Notes: generated by a model not told the origin, from the sequence alone. DNA of 64,000 nt from Ignisphaera sp. (GCA_038821645.1 JAWBDT010000001.1:81712-145711), one strand, 5' to 3'. Positions 42,440 through 53,269 are shown, numbered from the stretch's first letter. A program made the numbers and translations.

Positions 42440-43172
42440 TGTATGTGTAAACTATGGTTCTCATAGAGCTTTAAACAATATATCGCTAGAGGTTATGCCT
42501 AGAGAGGTAGTGGCTGTTGTAGGTCCTAATGGTAGTGGTAAAACAACTCTATTGAAAACAATAGATAGGATACTTAAACCAATCAGAGGATCTATATATA
42601 TAGATGGTAGAAATATCGAGAGCTATGTTCAGCGTGAATTAGCTAAAGTTGTGGCATATGTTCCTCAGAAGATAGATCTAGGAACATATATGACAGTAAT
42701 TGATTTTGTTTTAACAGGTAGAAGACCTTATGCAGAATTCAGCTACAGTAAGATAGATGTAGATAGAGCTGTAAACGCTTTAAGAGCTGTAGATGCTGAA
42801 CACCTAATGCTAAGGAAACTTAATCAACTTAGTGGAGGTGAGCTACAGAGAGTAGTTATAGCTAGAGCACTTGCATCAGAACCCAAGATACTTTTACTAG
42901 ATGAACCAACAGCTAATCTAGATCCAAGATACCAGCTAGAGGTACTGAATCTCATCAAGAAGCTCTCGCTTGAAAATGGTATCGCTGTTATTATGGCTAT
43001 ACATGATCTTAGTCATGCCTATAGATTTTCAGATAAAGTTATCATGATTAAAAATGGCGAGATAGTTGCTGTAGGTCATCCAGAGGAGGTACTCACGGAA
43101 GAAAATATAGAAAAGGTCTTCGAAGTTAGGGCCAAGGTCTTTAGAGATATCAAGGCCATAGTAATTGGCTAA
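42408..43172 (+). CDS. ABC transporter ATP-binding protein (FepC/BtuD type)
   Basis: GPNGSGKTT, LSGGELQR, LLLDEPT, IHD. Confidence 0.93.
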   Translation: MVDIAIIKVIDVCVNYGSHRALNNISLEVMPREVVAVVGPNGSGKTTLLKTIDRILKPIRGSIYIDGRNIESYVQRELAKVVAYVPQKIDLGTYMTVIDFVLTGRRPYAEFSYSKIDVDRAVNALRAVDAEHLMLRKLNQLSGGELQRVVIARALASEPKILLLDEPTANLDPRYQLEVLNLIKKLSLENGIAVIMAIHDLSHAYRFSDKVIMIKNGEIVAVGHPEEVLTEENIEKVFEVRAKVFRDIKAIVIG

Positions 43173-43181
43173 ACATTTTTA

Positions 43182-43877
43182 CTATGTATATGTATCAACA
43201 ATAATTCTGTATGGTACTTTCTCTATCTTCACTATACCTCTACCGATAACAGCGTTAATGGCTTCACCAGCACATACTAGACATAGAACTTTATCACCTA
43301 TTCTAATACTTCTTGGTTCAGCAACAAGTTCACCACATTTTGAGCATCTCAAACTTCTGAATATAGGTGCTCTCTCTACTTCTTCAACTATCTCTACAGT
43401 CTGCACGAGAAATTCTTCTTCTGGTAAATCAGCCATTCTATAGCCTATCTCTTCCCATATCCTCCTCAACTCTTCTGTTTCTTCAAGTGTAGCTTTTCTC
43501 TCAACAACAACTTTCTCAAACAGCTTTACTGCTTTCTCAGGAAAGTATTTAGCTCTAAGTTTTTCAGAATCTATATACACTCTAACACCTCTCCTGCTTC
43601 CCCTCTTGAATAGAGTTAATGCATTCTTGCCCAAGTCGAGATATATCAAGGAATTGTTCCCAAAGCTACATCCCGTAGCCACTTGTACCCCATCAACAAG
43701 ACAGTTATTCACTTCAACAATAGCTATAACTCTTTCTTCAACTGTATCAATAGCACTAGCCTTACTAATACCAAGTTTACTCATAGCTATTTCAGACATC
43801 CTGAGTCCCAGAATCAGGAAAGGACATATATGTCCGTGCAGTTCTCTAGCCTTCTCTATAAGCTCTTTAGACACCAT
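43182..43877 (-). CDS. FmdE/FwdE family protein with C-terminal zinc finger
   Basis: HGHICP..LG.R, NCLVDGVQVATGCSFGN, CSKCGE..CLVC. Confidence 0.88.
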   Translation of the reverse strand: MVSKELIEKARELHGHICPFLILGLRMSEIAMSKLGISKASAIDTVEERVIAIVEVNNCLVDGVQVATGCSFGNNSLIYLDLGKNALTLFKRGSRRGVRVYIDSEKLRAKYFPEKAVKLFEKVVVERKATLEETEELRRIWEEIGYRMADLPEEEFLVQTVEIVEEVERAPIFRSLRCSKCGELVAEPRSIRIGDKVLCLVCAGEAINAVIGRGIVKIEKVPYRIIVDTYT

Positions 43878-44253
43878 GATGAGCACCAGAAAACTAAATA
43901 AAGTGCACTAATATATAAACCTTTCCAATACAATTTTATTCAATATAAAATGCATCTCTATATAAACTCAATATCTATATATAATCATGTATATACATCA
44001 CAGCTTCATTGTTATACCAAGTATAGACAATACCTAGACATTAACACATCTATTCAATATAATACTATTCAATACAATATAATGCCCATTCTATGGAGCA
44101 TGAACAATAGCGTAAGTCTTCCCAACCATACACTATATAGAGGAATACGGATTAAGATGCAGATGTAAGTACATAGAAAGAGGTAGAGGCTCAATATATA
44201 CTCTATTATAGTGGACTATTCGTGTGATCGATATTATGTAGCATCCTTTATAC

Positions 44254-45009
44254 CTATCTTCTATAGATACTTCCTGCCCTTATCTCGATTTCAAGACTTC
44301 TAGCCAATTCTATAGCTCTTTCGGTTACAGATGCACCTACAACCAACTTCTTCGGCTTTATTCCAACAACTTCTTCGTAGAGTTTAGCTACTCGCTCAAA
44401 TTCGCTAATATCACCTCTATCTACATGAGCTTTATACTCAACTAATACATGTTCCTTATCTCTAATTAGAACATCCACTTCTATAAGTGATGAAACCCCA
44501 TAAACAATACCCCTATTATCATAGTAAACCCATCTCTCAACACGATATCCTTTGAGAAGATCTCCAACCAGATAACTTATAGCAGACCTAAACGCTTCCT
44601 CAGTTACAACACCATATCTATTGCCAATCGCATATACTGATGCTCTGAGTCTTATCATCTCCTCTTGTAGTTCTTTTATTGCTTCGCCTTGTCTAGCTAT
44701 TGCTTCTTGTAGTTCTTTTATTGCTTTGCCGTGTTCTGCTACTGTTTTTTGTAGTTCTTTTATTGCTTCGCCTTGTCTAGCTATTGCTTCTTGTAGTTCT
44801 TTTATTGCTTTGCCGTGTTCTGCTACTGTTTTTTGTAGTTCTTTTATAGCTTTAATGTGCTCAATAATGATCTCTTTTAGGCTTTTCAACTCATCTATAA
44901 CTGTACTTAAACCAATCAATCCTGCTATAGCATATCTAAATTCCTCATCCTCTTTGAGGAGTCTCAATACTTCATGCTTTAGTTCACTCAATCTTATATC
45001 GCTAGCCAC
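44254..45009 (-). CDS. Coiled-coil + PD-(D/E)xK nuclease-like protein (DUF3782/DUF1626-like)
   Basis: LLKEDEEFRYAIAGLIG, heptad repeats, IEVDV..LVEYK; GTG start with GGTGA SD. Confidence 0.82.
   Translation of the reverse strand: MASDIRLSELKHEVLRLLKEDEEFRYAIAGLIGLSTVIDELKSLKEIIIEHIKAIKELQKTVAEHGKAIKELQEAIARQGEAIKELQKTVAEHGKAIKELQEAIARQGEAIKELQEEMIRLRASVYAIGNRYGVVTEEAFRSAISYLVGDLLKGYRVERWVYYDNRGIVYGVSSLIEVDVLIRDKEHVLVEYKAHVDRGDISEFERVAKLYEEVVGIKPKKLVVGASVTERAIELARSLEIEIRAGSIYRR
44665..44847. repeat. In-frame tandem repeat: 84-bp unit x ~2.2 built from two related 42-bp subunits
   Basis: TTGTAGTTCTTTTAT recurs at 44665, 44707, 44749, 44791, 44833. Confidence 0.95.
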
Positions 45010-46467
45010 TTACTTTCACCTATACCAATAATACGTAAGACACTTTATAAAGTGTGTAGATCTCTCTATCCGATTTTGTTGATAATTGCATTATAACCTG
45101 GTAACTAGACTTTATCAGATTCCATATCGAGAGTTCTAGCATTACTATTGATTAGCTGTCTACTAGCTATAACCTCTATGTAATTGTTACTGGAAATGCT
45201 ACTCTAATGTTGTGAGATCTGAGTCTTGGATTATATACAGTAAACACTATAGTTAAGGCTGTTAGGAATAGAGAGCAAGTTCTCGGACAATTACAGAGAA
45301 GTGTGTAGCATACTTAAGGTGGTTATAAGATCTAGAGCGTTTGTTAAAATGATAGATGTTGATTAGAAAGACATGAAAGATGTTTGTCGTCTAACTACAT
45401 TATTTATCCAGAGGTTAATGACTACATACAGAATCAGTTTAACTGTAAATTGTCGAGAAATATGTAGCAATAGAAATCATCATTAAATTTATCACTGTGG
45501 CAATATCCTATATATGTATTACCTATACTTAAGAAATATGCTGAAAATTATACCTGGATAGTGGTTTCAGCTATATTCTATAGTCTGTTTAGCTTTAGCT
45601 ATTTCGGTTATAAAGCTATTCTTTAGTTTGGTACCAGTTATCTAGCCTTAGATGTATGCTGATGTTTCTTAAATCTATCTACAGAATCTCTACATCAAGC
45701 TATATAGATTATTTTCTAGAACTAGAAGAAATAGTAATCGAAACTATGATTTTATAGAACATTTGCTTGAGACATTTAACATAAAATAATGACTTACATC
45801 AAGAAATTATATGTTTCTAATCATCTTGATATTTGAATCAGTAGCTGTAAAACCTATTAACATCAATGTCGATATAGATGTGAGTTACTGCAGAAGATGT
45901 AATGGTTATGGTATTTCTCGATAGATTTACCAAGAAACTTTAAGAACTCTTTATAGAGACAAGTTTCAGCATAATTAAGAAGAAATGATTTATCTCATGC
46001 ATTAACAATATGTTGATGTTAGAAGGGTGGTAAGGTATTGGTTGTTAAAGTAGCTGCTCATGATTTACTTAATGTATGTTAGAAGATTTGTATCTATGCT
46101 GTAAGCAACTTACGATATGTTGCTAGATGTGCTTAGTAATTAACTAAGTGATTCTCTATCTCTAGATAGGAAGATTGTAGAACACTTCAAGAATAAGGTA
46201 TTAGAGATATTTGATGTTACAAGGTTTTGTTGAGTAGATTCAGACCTTCCTTCTCCTCTAATTTAGAGTCGCTAAATAATATTGAAACAATCTATCTATG
46301 TTCATGAAGCATAATATGTGAAGGTAATTAGTCAATAACCTATCTATTAAATAATATGGTGGAGACTGTCTGTAGAAATAGCGTAACAGAAGCTATTTAG
46401 AGAGCTCAATTCTAGAGATATTTCTAGAGACTGCTTGAAGAAAGTTAATCTAATAACCTGCTAGAAA

Positions 46468-46956
46468 ATGAGCAAACTATATAGGTGTAGAACTCTGAAG
46501 TATTGGTATGGTGTTAGTGAGTATGTTGCTACACTAACTATAGCTATAATCACATTAGCTGCTGGTGTAGGTATCTTTGCCTATAGTTACTACATCATTG
46601 ACAGTTATTATAGCAGACTTGTAGCAGTTGCTGAAGGTACTAGAGGTAGAGGTGGAGATATAGCTATTCTCGCATCTCTTATAGATAGCTCTGGAAAGAT
46701 AGTTGTAATTGGTTCTACAGGCTCTAAACCTGTAATGCTCTACGCTATACATATAAACAACACCCTCTATACACAATGTACAGTACATATCGATGGATAC
46801 AACAATACATACACACTAGATGGATCTAGCTATATACAGATACCGTACTACATAACATTCAAATCGATATGCATTACACCCTCAACAACTTCTCGAGCAA
46901 TAATCAAGATAGTTTACGAAGGAGGTGAGAAAACAGTCTATGTTACCAAGATATAG
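46468..46956 (+). CDS. Archaeal type IV pilin-like protein (class III signal peptide)
   Basis: G|VSEYVATLTIAIITLAAG hydrophobic helix after a basic leader. Confidence 0.7.
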   Translation: MSKLYRCRTLKYWYGVSEYVATLTIAIITLAAGVGIFAYSYYIIDSYYSRLVAVAEGTRGRGGDIAILASLIDSSGKIVVIGSTGSKPVMLYAIHINNTLYTQCTVHIDGYNNTYTLDGSSYIQIPYYITFKSICITPSTTSRAIIKIVYEGGEKTVYVTKI

Positions 46957-49588
46957 GAGAGGTATATCAGCTATAATAGGTGCAGCAGTACTGCTGACGA
47001 TAATGATAATGTTTACAGCATTCTATATAACCATTCTGCAGAAGTTCGTAGAAGTAGCTAACTACACTATAAACTCTATATCTTCTGCAGAAGAATCGAA
47101 AAAAGTTCTAGAGACACTCAATGCTTTATGGGACTACAATGGAACACATGTAACTATATTCATAGAGAATAGAGCTTCTAGAGCAGTATTGGTAACAGCA
47201 ATAGCTATGGTATTCAGCGACAGTAGCTATACAACCATATCGAGAGTAAACAAAACACTAGCATCAGCAGTAGTGCAGATACTGTACATAGGTAACGAAA
47301 ATGACACAGCACGTATATTAGATCTAGTTCTACCACTAGCTTTACCACCAGCTACAGAAACAATGATAACTATAAAGATGCAGAAAGAACCGATAACTGT
47401 GTCGATAGCTGTAGAAGCTTCACCAATAAAGACAGTAATAGTGTCAAGAAGAGTTAATGAAGAACAGAAAATCCATATAATTGAGTTACCGCGACAAACC
47501 TATGGAGAATGGATAGGGACAACAACATGGTTAGGTAATGTATCAATACCTGTGGAGAGAAAAGGGATAACAAACAATACATATCCAAGAATAATTGTAT
47601 CTAATGCAACACAACGACCACAAGTATTGATAAACCTTGTGAGCAGAGGAGCAATAACGTATACAGATTTCGAAACATATCCTCTAACAGGATGGGATAG
47701 CAGAGGCGGTATCTGGAGCTCCGTAGAGAATGTAGTAGGAGCAAAAGGAAGAGTGCTACAGGGAAACGATAACAACCAAGGTATTGGTGCTGCCTCACAA
47801 TACTATTACACAACTAGTTTATCTGGATATACACGTCTATGGATTGTAGCAAAAACTAGATGGGTAAGTGGAACAGGATGGTATGGAGTAGCGATGATCA
47901 ACAATGCTAGAAATAGACTCTATACTATAGAGATAAATACAGCAGGAAGAATCGAGATACTAAGTTTTAATGTAGAATCAAGAAATGGATGGTATACCCT
48001 GGCTAGTGCTACTATTCCAGGGTACTCTACAACATCATGGTACATTATAGTTGTAGATTATACAGTTACTACAACAGCTGTAAACATAATGGCAAGACTC
48101 TACAATTCACAAGGAACACTCATTACTACAGTATCAGCTTCATCAACTAGTAGGAGAAGATTTACACCAACATATATAGGTGTAGACGTAGATAACGTGG
48201 TGGCGTATTTCGATGATTTTCTGATTACGACTAGAGATCCTAGGTACATAGTGTTCCAGAACGTTATGGTTAATTATCGTATAGAGATTTGGGATGATTT
48301 AAACAATCTAGTGAGAAGTGTTGTAGCAACATCAAGTACAGTTAATGTAGATGTTGTTACAGATGTTGTTGTTGGTAGAGGTAGTAATGGGAAGATATAT
48401 GTGTATGACTCTAGAGGCAACCAGATTGCAAGTTATATTGCTTTCGATGCTATTATTGGTGGTGATACATATCAACTCCAATATATCTACGGCAATTATA
48501 CAGCTAAATTTAGCGATGAAATAATTGTGAATAATCTTGTTAAACCATTGAATGCTAGACTATACTTCTGCATCCATACAAACACTACTGTGAATATATC
48601 TATAGTGTTTAACAATCGTGAACTTATACATAGTAGTGGAGACTGTAATAATTCTGTGCTACCCATAGATTTTGTGGGTAGGAGTAATAATGTGGTAGTG
48701 TATGCTTCATCTAGAGAACCATTTAATCTCACTATAGAGTATCTGGATCTCTATATCTATGGCTTTTATACAGATATATTGTTTGAGGCACTCGTTATAG
48801 CTATTGGTGGTAGTAGTAGGGTTGCATTCTGTAGAATTGACGATATATTGATTAAGAAGAGTATCAATGTATGCTATCTATTTGATATTATTGGCAGTAC
48901 GTTTAATGGAGAGACAGCGATAACCTATGATAGTGATAGTCATGTCTTATACATAGTCAATAGATCTGGTATATATCTATGGAACTTCATATCTACTGAA
49001 AAAGTGACAGAGAGCTGTAAAGCTACTGGCATAGGTGTAAGAATAGAGTTAGTTGAAGATGGCTTCATTGTTCTACCAGGCAGTGGAAACAACACAATAT
49101 GTGTATATAATCCAACTGATGCGTATTTACAACCTCTTCCCAACGATTTTGAACTCTATATGTATACATCTTCAGCTGTATACAGAAATTCAGTATACTT
49201 TACATGTATAGATAAGAATGGTGCTGTATGGCTACTTAGATATGATGTAGATACCTGGAGATTAGATAAGCTAAAGCCTATAGCGATTAACACAATAATC
49301 GGTTTAGCTATAGATAGTTCTAGCAATAGGGTTTATATACCTATAGGAGGTTTTTGGAGAGACGCTCTCAATAATCATCAATCCTATATGTCTATCTATA
49401 TATATAGTGTGGCTAGCAACAGAATTGTGCATACAGCTATACCGATTGATACTACTACGTATGTCTCAGCATCATGTTGTGATAGAGCTGAAATCTATGG
49501 AAACTATATGTTGATAGTTGAAAGAGGTAGTCTACTAGCTATAGATATCTCTAGAATTGATTATAGGAAAAATGTAGCTATATCTTGA
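46940..49588 (+). CDS. Large pilin-like adhesin (class III signal peptide, beta-rich lectin-like and propeller-like domains)
   Basis: RRG|ISAIIGAAVLL; Thr/Tyr/Trp-rich central domain ending YFDDF; repeated beta blades at C-terminus; GGAGGTGA SD before ATG 46940. Confidence 0.7.
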   Translation: MLPRYRRGISAIIGAAVLLTIMIMFTAFYITILQKFVEVANYTINSISSAEESKKVLETLNALWDYNGTHVTIFIENRASRAVLVTAIAMVFSDSSYTTISRVNKTLASAVVQILYIGNENDTARILDLVLPLALPPATETMITIKMQKEPITVSIAVEASPIKTVIVSRRVNEEQKIHIIELPRQTYGEWIGTTTWLGNVSIPVERKGITNNTYPRIIVSNATQRPQVLINLVSRGAITYTDFETYPLTGWDSRGGIWSSVENVVGAKGRVLQGNDNNQGIGAASQYYYTTSLSGYTRLWIVAKTRWVSGTGWYGVAMINNARNRLYTIEINTAGRIEILSFNVESRNGWYTLASATIPGYSTTSWYIIVVDYTVTTTAVNIMARLYNSQGTLITTVSASSTSRRRFTPTYIGVDVDNVVAYFDDFLITTRDPRYIVFQNVMVNYRIEIWDDLNNLVRSVVATSSTVNVDVVTDVVVGRGSNGKIYVYDSRGNQIASYIAFDAIIGGDTYQLQYIYGNYTAKFSDEIIVNNLVKPLNARLYFCIHTNTTVNISIVFNNRELIHSSGDCNNSVLPIDFVGRSNNVVVYASSREPFNLTIEYLDLYIYGFYTDILFEALVIAIGGSSRVAFCRIDDILIKKSINVCYLFDIIGSTFNGETAITYDSDSHVLYIVNRSGIYLWNFISTEKVTESCKATGIGVRIELVEDGFIVLPGSGNNTICVYNPTDAYLQPLPNDFELYMYTSSAVYRNSVYFTCIDKNGAVWLLRYDVDTWRLDKLKPIAINTIIGLAIDSSSNRVYIPIGGFWRDALNNHQSYMSIYIYSVASNRIVHTAIPIDTTTYVSASCCDRAEIYGNYMLIVERGSLLAIDISRIDYRKNVAIS

Positions 49589-49745
49589 ATCTCAAAACAC
49601 TAAGAGTAGAATAGTAAACATCTCTATAATCTATCTTCATTGTCTATCCTAGTTCAATAAAATGATCTACTTATCGCATCATTGGTAATGGTTAAATTAC
49701 TTAAGAAATACAAAAGATTTTTATATTGTCTATACCTAGATTTGT

Positions 49746-50042
49746 TTGGTGTATCTATTGATATGTACTGATACTGAATATAGCTACATGGGTGCAGTCA
49801 TTAGAGTTGTTGTTGAGTCTCCTTCTAAAGAGATATGTAATGAAGTTGAAGAAGCTAGCAGTAAAGGTTATGAAGGTGTGGTGGATTTATTCAAAAGACA
49901 TGGAGGATGTAAAATAGTTTCAGAACTACCTCTGAAGATTCTCTCAAGCGATGAGAATATCATTGTTGTTTTAGAGCCTATTAACTTTATTGCTAAAGCT
50001 TTCTGGGGAGAAGCGGTAAAGAAAATCAAATCGATGTGTTGA
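49746..50042 (+). CDS. Hypothetical protein
   Basis: Plausible ORF in operon direction; start uncertain. Confidence 0.5.
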   Translation: MVYLLICTDTEYSYMGAVIRVVVESPSKEICNEVEEASSKGYEGVVDLFKRHGGCKIVSELPLKILSSDENIIVVLEPINFIAKAFWGEAVKKIKSMC

Positions 50043-50102
50043 TCAATATTAGGTAAGGTTTTTAATTCATTATAGATACACTCTATACTGTGTGGATATA
50101 TT

Positions 50103-50453
50103 ATGTCGATAATAGTGAGCCGCTTCAGCATTATCTTCAGCAGTATTCTGTTGATACTTTTAGGAGTGGATATTATAGCTATTTACTATGGGTTTATTTC
50201 TCTACCACTACTTATAGCGCTAAACTTTATTGCTCTAGGTCTTCTGATCATATTTAGAGGAAGTAGAGAACAGGTAGCTGAGGAAAGGAAATTCTATTTC
50301 TTATGGGGATTCATTATGTTTGTTATCTCTATATCTATATCTTTAGGTAGCTTAATGGGGTTGGTGATTGGTGTAGCTACATTCTTTATAGGTTTAGGTA
50401 TAGCTATTCTCTATATAGTTTCGGGCTCTTCTCTACAGATTCTACAACCATAA
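50103..50453 (+). CDS. Small 4-TM membrane protein
   Basis: Four hydrophobic segments. Confidence 0.7.
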   Translation: MSIIVSRFSIIFSSILLILLGVDIIAIYYGFISLPLLIALNFIALGLLIIFRGSREQVAEERKFYFLWGFIMFVISISISLGSLMGLVIGVATFFIGLGIAILYIVSGSSLQILQP

Positions 50454-50509
50454 ATACATATATATAGACCTAGAGATAATGTCTATAGGTCTTCACCTAG
50501 GTGTTTATC

Positions 50510-51007
50510 ATGGTTAGAAGAGAAGCGATATTAGAGAAGCTCTTAAATGTTCTACCGGGATTTCGCGGATATAGGAAGAAGGAACATTTGAGAGAAGATG
50601 ATAGACTTGTTAGAGAGTATCTAGTCAGGATACTAAGTGAAGCTATCAGAGATTTAGAAGAAGCTATAGCCAATCTAGTGGAATATGATTTCAAAGCAGC
50701 AGAAATATACGATACTGTTCTAAGGGATCTCAGAACTATTGCAGATAAAATTAGGTGGGCTGAACATGGATATGCACCTCATTTCAATATAGTTAAGATT
50801 CAGGAAGAAGATCTAAGCAAGATTAGAGAAATAGATGGGGCACTTGTAGATGATGTCGAGAATATAAGGAATTATATAGCTCAGCTGAAGAAGGATACAA
50901 TCTATAGGAATCCTGTTAGAGATAGAGCTCCAGAGCTCATGAAGCTTCTAGATGATTTAAGGGTTCAGCTTATCGAGAGAGAAAAATTGGTTAGAGGATG
51001 GATGTAA
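50510..51007 (+). CDS. Conserved-looking all-helical protein (PGFRGY motif)
   Basis: LPGFRGYRKKEHLREDDRLVR, HGYAP; coiled-coil; AGGTG SD. Confidence 0.75.
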   Translation: MVRREAILEKLLNVLPGFRGYRKKEHLREDDRLVREYLVRILSEAIRDLEEAIANLVEYDFKAAEIYDTVLRDLRTIADKIRWAEHGYAPHFNIVKIQEEDLSKIREIDGALVDDVENIRNYIAQLKKDTIYRNPVRDRAPELMKLLDDLRVQLIEREKLVRGWM

Positions 51008-51062
51008 AGTTGTGTGATTAAGATTTATAACATAGATAATGTTATTTTCTTAGGGTGTAAAG

Positions 51063-52112
51063 TTGGTTATAAATAAGATCGGGAAAGGATTAGGTAAGGT
51101 CGCTAGTAAAGCTAGTGGTTTTCAGCCCAAATTTATTGAATGGAAGGATGCTACACCAAATGATATAGTTTGGAGATATCCAGAAGAAGTAATTCCTTGG
51201 GGTTCTACTGTTGTTGTTAAAGAGTGGGAGAGAGTCATATTCTATAGGGATGGAAAGGTCTACGGAATGCTTGGACCAGGTAGACACGTTCTCGATACAC
51301 AAAACGTTCCGTTCCTACAAGGCCTTGTGGAGGGTTTCTATGGAGAAAGTATATTCAGGGCAATCGTTATATATGTCAATATCAACAGGATGCAGGGTAA
51401 ATTCGGTGGAAAAAGTCAGACAGTAGAGCTCATACCCGTGAGCTTTCACGGTGTATACTACTATAGGGTAGCTGATCCCGTTCTATTTGTAAACAAAGTT
51501 GTTGGACCTGATGAAAGGTATACTCGAGAAGAATTAGATGAATACATTAGGAGCTATTTCCTCACAAAACTAATGTCGTTCATAAGTCAATCAAGCATAA
51601 GAGACCTATATATGAAGGCTGAAGAGGCTGGTAAAAGAGCTCTAATGATCCTCAGAAAAGCATTTGATGAACTTGGCCTTATGTTAGAGGATATACAATT
51701 CGAAGGAGTAGATGTACCTCCAGAGTATAGAGAGAGGATGTTCTGGATACTACAGGGAACTTCAGCAGCTTATCTTGTTCAACAAGAAACTGCTAGAAAG
51801 TTTGCTGAAGCAATAGAGAAGACACAAGCAGGTGGAGCAGCTATAGGTGCAGGTGTAGTTGCTATCCCATGGGCCCTACAACCACCGCCACCCCAAGCAC
51901 AACAACCTTCTGTAGCTACTGTAGGTGGTGTTGCTACAACTCCTCAACAACAGGCATATGTAGCCAGATGTCCATACTGTGGACAGGGACCTCTACCTTC
52001 GGGTGCAAGGTTCTGTCCTTTCTGTGGTAAACAAATTAAATGGTGTCCTAATGGCCATGTAGCTCCTGCAGAAGCGAATTTCTGTGCTATATGTGGTAGT
52101 AAACTTGGTTAG
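51063..52112 (+). CDS. SPFH/band-7 domain protein (YdjI-like) with C-terminal double zinc ribbon
   Basis: IVWRYP, GSTVVVKE, FYRDGK..GPGRHVLDTQN; Pro/Gln linker; CPYC..CPFC..CPNGH..CAIC. Confidence 0.85.
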   Translation: MVINKIGKGLGKVASKASGFQPKFIEWKDATPNDIVWRYPEEVIPWGSTVVVKEWERVIFYRDGKVYGMLGPGRHVLDTQNVPFLQGLVEGFYGESIFRAIVIYVNINRMQGKFGGKSQTVELIPVSFHGVYYYRVADPVLFVNKVVGPDERYTREELDEYIRSYFLTKLMSFISQSSIRDLYMKAEEAGKRALMILRKAFDELGLMLEDIQFEGVDVPPEYRERMFWILQGTSAAYLVQQETARKFAEAIEKTQAGGAAIGAGVVAIPWALQPPPPQAQQPSVATVGGVATTPQQQAYVARCPYCGQGPLPSGARFCPFCGKQIKWCPNGHVAPAEANFCAICGSKLG

Positions 52113-52120
52113 GTGATTAG

Positions 52121-53269
52121 TTGTCTACTAGTGAAGTAGAATTTAGATGCAGAAATTGTGGAGGACCTTTAGAAGTTTCTCCAGAAACAATAGCTATAGT
52201 TTGTAGTTATTGTGGGTTCTTGAACTGGATTAGAGAAGATCTTAAAGAAGAAGTTCTAGTGGTTAAGCCTTTAAAAGATAAAGATGTGTTGAATAGGTTA
52301 AGGAGTTTTGCATCTAGAGAGAGACTTGGGGAAATATTTTCGCCAAGCAATTTATCGAGAACTACTGTTGTTCTAGTACCTTTCTATTTCGTTGATGTAT
52401 CTGCTGAAGCTGAGTATAGCGGAACAGTTGCTGTAGACATAAGAAAGTGTAGGAGTGTAGGTAATCAAACAAGATGTTGGGTAGAGACTCATAAAGTTCA
52501 TGTTAGAGGTGTATATGGTCCTGCAAAAGATGTTGTACCAGTTCCAGGTAGAAGAGGAAGTAATGTTCTCTCCGTAAAAGCTCTGGCATATAGATACATG
52601 ATGAATAGAGTTGATGCAGTACCTCTAGCTAATGCTGAACTAGATAAAAGTATATGGAGGAGTATCCTATCTATTGAAGTTGACAGAAAAATTGGTCTAG
52701 ATATAGCTATAGATAGTCATCTAGATGTTTTGAGGAAGACAGTAGAAGACGTTATGAAAAAAGAAGCTGAAAGAAAAGTATCAGGAGGAAGTATAATTAG
52801 ATCGAGAATAATATGGAAGAAAATAACTCCTAGAAATGTGAAGGCAGTATCATCACCAGCTATACTTCTACCTATGTACATCTTGGTGTATAGATATGGA
52901 GGTGAGGTTTATAGAGCTGTTGTATGTGGATGGAATGGAGATGTAATAGTTTTAGAAAGACCTATGAAGAAAATCGATAGAATTATATGGAGTATTGGTG
53001 CATCATTAAGTTCAGGACTATGTGGAGGATTAGCTATACCTATGATTGTAGCTGGTGATGAGATAGGTTTGGGTATAGGTTTGATACTTATTATAGCTGG
53101 AGGATATGCATCATGGTACTGTATGAAGAAAGTTGTTTCACCAGTTAAATCTAGCTTAATTGGTGTAAATCTTAAGGAGTTGAAGAAGTATTCAGAATCT
53201 TCTAGTGCTAATGAAGTTCACAAGATTATGAAGTTTGTAGATTCAATGCTATCTACACCTAGATTCTAG
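52121..53269 (+). CDS. Zinc-ribbon membrane protein (YdjG-like), paralogue 1
   Basis: CRNC..CSYC, VPFYF, LLPMYILVYRY..Y..V.G..G, two C-terminal TMs; TTG start with GGTGA SD. Confidence 0.75.
   Translation: MSTSEVEFRCRNCGGPLEVSPETIAIVCSYCGFLNWIREDLKEEVLVVKPLKDKDVLNRLRSFASRERLGEIFSPSNLSRTTVVLVPFYFVDVSAEAEYSGTVAVDIRKCRSVGNQTRCWVETHKVHVRGVYGPAKDVVPVPGRRGSNVLSVKALAYRYMMNRVDAVPLANAELDKSIWRSILSIEVDRKIGLDIAIDSHLDVLRKTVEDVMKKEAERKVSGGSIIRSRIIWKKITPRNVKAVSSPAILLPMYILVYRYGGEVYRAVVCGWNGDVIVLERPMKKIDRIIWSIGASLSSGLCGGLAIPMIVAGDEIGLGIGLILIIAGGYASWYCMKKVVSPVKSSLIGVNLKELKKYSESSSANEVHKIMKFVDSMLSTPRF

Noticed and set aside
43950-44168. 72-aa ORF between convergently flanked genes
   Set aside because: Low-complexity Tyr/Asn/Ile content typical of AT-rich intergenic DNA; no SD
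44665-44847. Repeated 15-mer resembling a CRISPR array
   Set aside because: Spacers are themselves duplicated and the repeat is in-frame coding; no cas genes
45434-45483. ATGATGA...CTGA 50 nt apart on the minus strand
   Set aside because: No credible D'/C' boxes; AT-rich guides are unlikely to pair with hyperthermophile rRNA
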